Assembly: GCA_024704765.1 (NCBI GenBank)
Contig: JAKMXF010000022.1
Location: 186,001-250,000, forward strand
Source: Oopsacas minuta
Taxonomy: Eukaryota > Animalia > Porifera
Reading direction: 5' to 3'
Length of the DNA stretch: 64,000 nt
This document shows, one piece after another, positions 58,627 to 64,000 of the stretch. The first letter of the stretch is position 1. Each line of letters begins with the position of its first letter. The position numbers were made by a program, and so were the translations under genes. The notes beneath the pieces are model-generated. The model did not search any database. It was not told the origin of the DNA and saw only the letters and a program-made list of their open reading frames with translations.

Positions 58627-59133
58627 TTATTTACTAGTCATAATTTTGACAAATTCTTCGTAGTTAATCAATTGATTTCCATCAATATCTGCTTCTCTTA
58701 TCATATCAGTAGCTTGCTCTGCATTTGTGTCTATTCCTATTGCAGTCATCACTCTTTGGAGGTCTTCCGCTGATATGAATCCGTCTTGATCACGGTCAAA
58801 CAACTAAAGAGGTATATATAATGTAATTTTTAGTCAAATACATACTATTTATGAAATTACCTGAAATGAGCTTCTAATTTCTTTTTCCAACTCCACCTCA
58901 TTCATCTTTCTTGCCATCATACTTACAAACTCTGCAAAGTCAATCACTTCATTTCCATCTAGATCCACATCTCCTATCATCTCTTCCACCTCTGATTCAG
59001 TGGGGTGGTGTCCTAGTCTCCTCATAACCTTCACCAGTTCATCAGAGCTAATATAGCCGTCCTCGTTCATGTCAAATAAACGGAATGCTTCCTTCAATTC
59101 TACTATTTGTGCCTCTTTTAGACTTTCAACCAT
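58627..59133 (-). CDS. Calmodulin-like four-EF-hand protein, 149 aa; exons 58861-59133 and 58627-58803
   Basis: Loops DMNEDGYISSDE, DLDGNEVIDFAE, DRDQDGFISAED, DIDGNQLINYEE; 57-nt phase-0 intron; calmodulin length from ATG 59133. An upstream in-frame ATG at 59214 is also possible. Confidence 0.88.
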
Positions 59134-59722
59134 GATGGATAAAATTGCTTCTTTTGCAGATTTCTGAATTGCAAATCCTCGATGTGCGCTGCTTATGTAT
59201 TCTCTACAATGCATATATTCTGATAAGCCACCATCATAACCTAGATTCTATCAAGCTATTATTCCACTCTATTCTATGTCATTCTAATCATCAACATCTG
59301 ATAAGAATAATTAATTTGATATCTTGTTTGTTTTAGCTCAATTAATTCCAATTATTAGTTACATATTGAGATTGATGATATCCTGTGGGTTGGAAGTTAT
59401 ATCTCTTGAACATTGTCCTAGAACCTAAAGACTAGCATTAAAGCTTTTGAATGCTATGGAGAACCTAAATTCCTATGTTAGGTTGAAGTCAAGAAGACCT
59501 GTAACCAGAGATAGTAATTGATTCTAAAGTGATTTACAACAAATCTAAATTTAGAAATAATTATATTATAGTACTTACTCTCTCTACTAAAATAGAATAA
59601 GAAAACAAAAATTTATAAATAAATGTGTGTTCAGAGCTAGTTTATATAAATAAATGAGACCTGCTAAAAAGTAAATATTACAAACACATTACATACAACT
59701 TTCACGAATAAAAATATTTTTA

Positions 59723-59915
59723 CTGTAGACTCTTGCTAATCCGGACAGGTTATACAACTTTTGGAAATGTTCTAAAATGTCAGCATTTCATCAATCATAC
59801 AACTTTCGAAAAAGTGTCCCCTAGAGCCGATAGTACTGGCCTATGCATTTCGCTAATCCTAACGAAATATTTTGCAATTGGAATAGGTGCTGTTCAGATT
59901 AGCGAGGATGTACTG
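59723..59915. mobile_element. Degenerate Tigger-like MITE upstream of HACE1
   Basis: CTGTAGACTCTTGCTAATCCGGACA (59723-59747) and TGTTCAGATTAGCGAGGATGTACTG (59891-59915) are 18/25 complementary. Confidence 0.5.
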
Positions 59916-59983
59916 CTGATAAAACGCTAATACATTGCAATAGATAGACATTCATTTAGTTGCTTTCATTGCTGAGATAATAT

Positions 59984-62900
59984 ATGGAGCACTTGCAAAA
60001 ACTTATTTCAAGTTTCCGCACCGGTCGCTCCGTAGAATTGCCCAGGGATGACCAGTCTGCTTATTACACGTTATTCTCACACGTAGTGAGGAATCAACAC
60101 AAAACCCTGAATGACATTCTATCTACAAACAACGAGAGGAGGTTTCCTATCAACATGAAGAATGGGAGAGGTAACAGTACTCTGTTGCATGCAGCTGCAA
60201 ATGCTGGTAGTTTTGAGTGTCTACACACATTAATAAAGTGAGAATATGGTTGTATGATAACCTTGTTGCTGCTTTGATTTGCTGTATTCTGTAGATGTGG
60301 TGCTGATCCTAATGTAGTAGATATCAGTGGACAAACCCCTCTACTGATTGCCTCACGTGCTAGAAACAAAAAGACAGTACACAAACTGATGGAAGCTGGA
60401 GCAGACGTGTCTATTCCAGACAGATCAGGACTCACTGCATTACACTGGAGTGCTGGTAATGGGTCTGTTGAGCTCATTCAAGTGATTGTCTCGATCGGTA
60501 AGGTAAGGTCCCGACTAAACACCATTATACACATACACAATTATATATTTCCATACAGGTAAGTGTAGATGTAGAAGACTCACATAATCAGTCTCCTCTA
60601 CACATGGCTGCAATGAATGGACAACTAGCATCAGTATCAAAACTATTGGAATTAGGAGCAGAGATTAACAAGAAAACTATAAATGGCTATTCGCCACTTT
60701 TCAACGCAGCTAAAAAGTCGCAACACAAAGTAATGGATTATCTCCTGCAACGAGGTGCTGAATATCTTCCCTCAGACAGTGGATGCACCCCAATGGACTC
60801 TTCTATTGAAAATAACAGTCCCCATTGTGTACTCGTGTTACTGAAACATCGGCCAGAATTACTAAATGACATCATCAAACGAATCGAGGATGAAAAAGTA
60901 AATTGTTATTATTCTCTTAATTATATTATTTATGTATTACTACTGATTAATTTTAGCTCTCAAATGAGAAAGTAAGAGAGTTAACAGTTCTGCTCGTGAA
61001 TGTATTAGAAGATGATGTTAATGTATTCTTTCACTTCCTGGATATAGCTATAAGTCAATGTGTGAGTAGAGGAATGGAGCTACTCTCTCAACAGATTGAT
61101 TATGTTAAAGTCAGTTCTAAACTGATCAGATTAATATCATGTATTTGTAGTGCAGTAGATAAGCTAGGTGCTCGCCATCTGCTCAAAGAGAGGGGGCCAG
61201 TAAGAAAGGGGAGTAGGAAGGGGTCTGAATATACCTCCAATTACATATCTCCTAACCTTTTATTCTCAAAATTTGAAACTGTATGGAGCACTATGGAGAG
61301 CTGGTTCCAGCTGTTTCAAGATGAAATATCTTCATTCGAATCCTTCAAAGAAAAGCAAAATCAAAAGGACTCTCATGTCAAAACAGAGTGTATAGATGAT
61401 AAGCCTCCAAACCATCTCGCTCCTAACCTAGCAGAGATAACAGATAAGCGTAATCTCATTAAGGTAACACCATTGATATATGTAGAGTACATTGTATAAT
61501 ATATAGTAATAGGCTCTACAACCAAGTAGAGAAAATAATAACAACAGCACTTCTGAAGTAGCTTTGAGTAATGCAGCTCTCGGCCCTATGAAGGAAATTG
61601 TGTTAGAATTCGCAGATAAGCTTTGTGCAGCTCTACACGCATTTGCGATTATTTATAACTGTATTCACAAGTTGAAACTCTCTGAAACAAGAATTGAAGT
61701 GGAGGTGTCACAAATTGCACCAGAAGTGGTTCAATTCTTGAACCAATACAAACCAGTGATCCGGTTAGTATACCACTGTTTACATATGTTTAACACATTT
61801 GCAACGGGCTGCCCACATTTGACTTGATGATTTAATTTCAGTATTGTAATTATGCTAGAGATAATGTTAAAGTCTATTGAAATTGATATAATAGGGTCTT
61901 AGCTTGGCCTACAATTTCTATGACGGAAAAGTACACATATTTTCCACGAAATTACAAATTTCGTATATTTGTTAGAAAACAACAGTAAATTATCGGAAAG
62001 TCATGATAATTACGCGAAATATGCAAATATAGCAAGTACCTTCAAGATAAAATTATAATCTCAAATAGTCATATTTTGATAATTTATTGTGATGCCTTTT
62101 ATGGGCCAGTATTTTTGTAAAGCTTCACTTTGCGGTCCCGCTACGAACGTGTTAATAATATCTACTTTGTTAATATTTCTTCTAGATTCCTGGTACACAG
62201 AAATCCTTGTATAATATTTGAGCATTTCAGCTTCTTACTGTCTTCTCGAGAACTTATTGATCAATTCTTAGACGTAGTTCGTTCTCAGTCATTTGATCTT
62301 AGAAAGCAATGGTTCTATGATAATCTGTACAAAATGGAAAACACAAAACCTAACACTTCCCTCTACTCAGATGAAAGTCCAATTGTTGTAGACAGACACG
62401 ATTTCTTCAATTCATCATGTGGAGCTATTCTTTCATTTCCCGCAGAGGTTCTAAAGAGAGATATCAATATTAAATTCACTGGTGAACAGGTATGGACCAT
62501 GGATATTATATATGTATTAGTATAGTTGGTAATATCTGTATCAACAGGGTATGGGTGACGGAGTGAAGAGAGAATGGTTTAACCTCCTGTCTACAGAGTT
62601 CTTAAATCCTGACTATGCTCTATTCACACCCTCTCCTGATGGTACCGCTTTCCAGCCCAACCCCAACTCAGCTGTCAATCCAGATCATCTCTCTTACTTT
62701 AGATTTGCTGGGAAAGCATTTGGACTTGCTCTCTACCACAAACATTTAATCCCCGCCTATTTTACCCGCTCATTCTACAAACACATATTATCACGTCCTC
62801 TGGATATTGATGACGTAGCTTCTATTGATCCTGAGTATGCTAAGAATCTCAAATGGCTGTTAGACTCTGATATCGAGGAAGCTATGCTAGAACTCACGTT

Positions 62901-63625
62901 CTCTATAGAGGAAGATGCATTCGGAGATCTTCAGTTGGTACGAGTTAATACAATAATACTATTGTATCAAGTTCCATAGTATAGTACGTAATTTCTTGTT
63001 TGTAGATTGAGCTTCGTCCCGGTGGAGCAAACATCCCGGTTACAAACTCCAATAAGCGTGAGTATGTACAGCTAGTAGCAGAGCATAGAATGGCTAGAGC
63101 TATTCAGGAACAGATAGGTCACTTCTTGGAAGGATTCCACGAGTTTATTCCTCATGGGCTTATCAGTTTATTCGATGAGTTAGAGTTAGAGCTACTAATG
63201 AGCGGAGTACCTGAGATAGACATTAGGGATTGGATTGATAATACAGAGTATTCCGGGTATGTTATACAACGAATATACATAGTAGATTGTATTAATTTAT
63301 ATATCATAGACTGGACGCTAGTAGTGAATTGGTACAATGGTTCTGGTCATATATAGAACAACTAGACAAGAATTCACTTGCTCTAATTCTCCAGTTCGTG
63401 AGTGGGAGTGCTAGAGTACCAGTTGGAGGCTTTGCTAAGCTACAGGGGTCGAGTGGTTCTTGCAAGTTCAAACTCACCAAACTATCTTACACACAACAGT
63501 GCCTCCCTCAGGCTGCTACTTGCTTTAATTTGCTGAAACTTCCTGACTATCCAACTCGGGAAGAGCTAAATAAAAGTTTTGAAATTATGCTGAAACATGG
63601 AACACATGGTTTTGAGTTTTCTTGA
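59984..63625 (+). CDS. HACE1: HACE1 ankyrin-HECT E3 ubiquitin ligase, 9 exons
   Basis: N-terminus [16 protein letters not shown]; ankyrin repeats [24 protein letters not shown]; [26 protein letters not shown], catalytic [13 protein letters not shown]. Introns give an open spliced frame. Confidence 0.93.
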
Positions 63626-63688
63626 ATTATTGATCTTTGTAAGGATGTATGTTTGGTTTTCGATTTTATAGCACAGAATATTTTACAA

Positions 63689-63710
63689 ATATATATATAT
63701 ATATATATAT
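63689..63710. repeat. (AT)11 microsatellite downstream of the HACE1 stop
   Basis: Read directly. Confidence 0.9.
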
Positions 63711-63799
63711 TTATCTAAACGAGTTATTCTTATTCTTTTCTATAATTTCTATTACACACAGTATTAACTAATTGCTAGATGTTATAGCGTTAATTAAAT

Positions 63800-64000
63800 A
63801 TGGATAATATGTTGGATGTATTAAGCCATGATCATAGGAGTACAGACACTATTCCTATTGGTGCACCGGATTGTCTATGTCTGGACAGGAAAGATCCTCT
63901 CTTCGGAGCAGTTCATATCGGCCATCATCCACACAAAATATACTCCCCCGGTCCAATTAGTGTGTGTTCACGAAATAATTTGATATTTATTGCTGATGAT
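63800..64000 (+). CDS. Partial ORF running off the window end, possibly an NHL-repeat protein
   Basis: ATG at 63800 opens 67 codons ending SPGPISVCSRNNLIFIADD, which resembles an NHL blade (P-x-x-I-x-V...I-F-I-A-D). Confidence 0.4.
   Translation, partial: MDNMLDVLSHDHRSTDTIPIGAPDCLCLDRKDPLFGAVHIGHHPHKIYSPGPISVCSRNNLIFIADD

Overview
Gene-dense, AT-rich animal genomic DNA with very short GT-AG introns (mostly 45-70 nt). Gene content (SMAD, PINCH, BACE, HACE1, GOLGA3, cadherin) points to a compact early-branching metazoan; a sponge, possibly a glass sponge, is my guess. In order: partial unknown ORF (-), BACE-like protease (-), SLC35B1 (-), MRPL44 (-), FEN1 (-), a SMAD2/3-type R-SMAD (-) with CNTD1 (+) nested in an intron, a POT/SLC15 transporter (-), a ~36 kb, ~50-exon gene (+, 19087-55095) with GOLGA3 (-) nested in one intron, PINCH/LIMS (-), WTAP (+), a calmodulin-like gene (-), HACE1 (+) and the start of a possible NHL-repeat gene (+). 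Several MITEs and short tandem repeats are present; no rRNA, tRNA or CRISPR array was seen. The standout is the giant gene. By hand splicing it encodes roughly 9,000 aa: about 35 cadherin repeats, about 28 non-cadherin Ig-like repeats and four calsyntenin-type modules (LamG/LNS inserted inside an Ig-like repeat), ending in a furin site and a GPI-like tail with no cytoplasmic domain. Three single-base frame breaks (one in SMAD, two in the giant gene) may be assembly errors. Reference sequences are quoted from memory; no searches were run.
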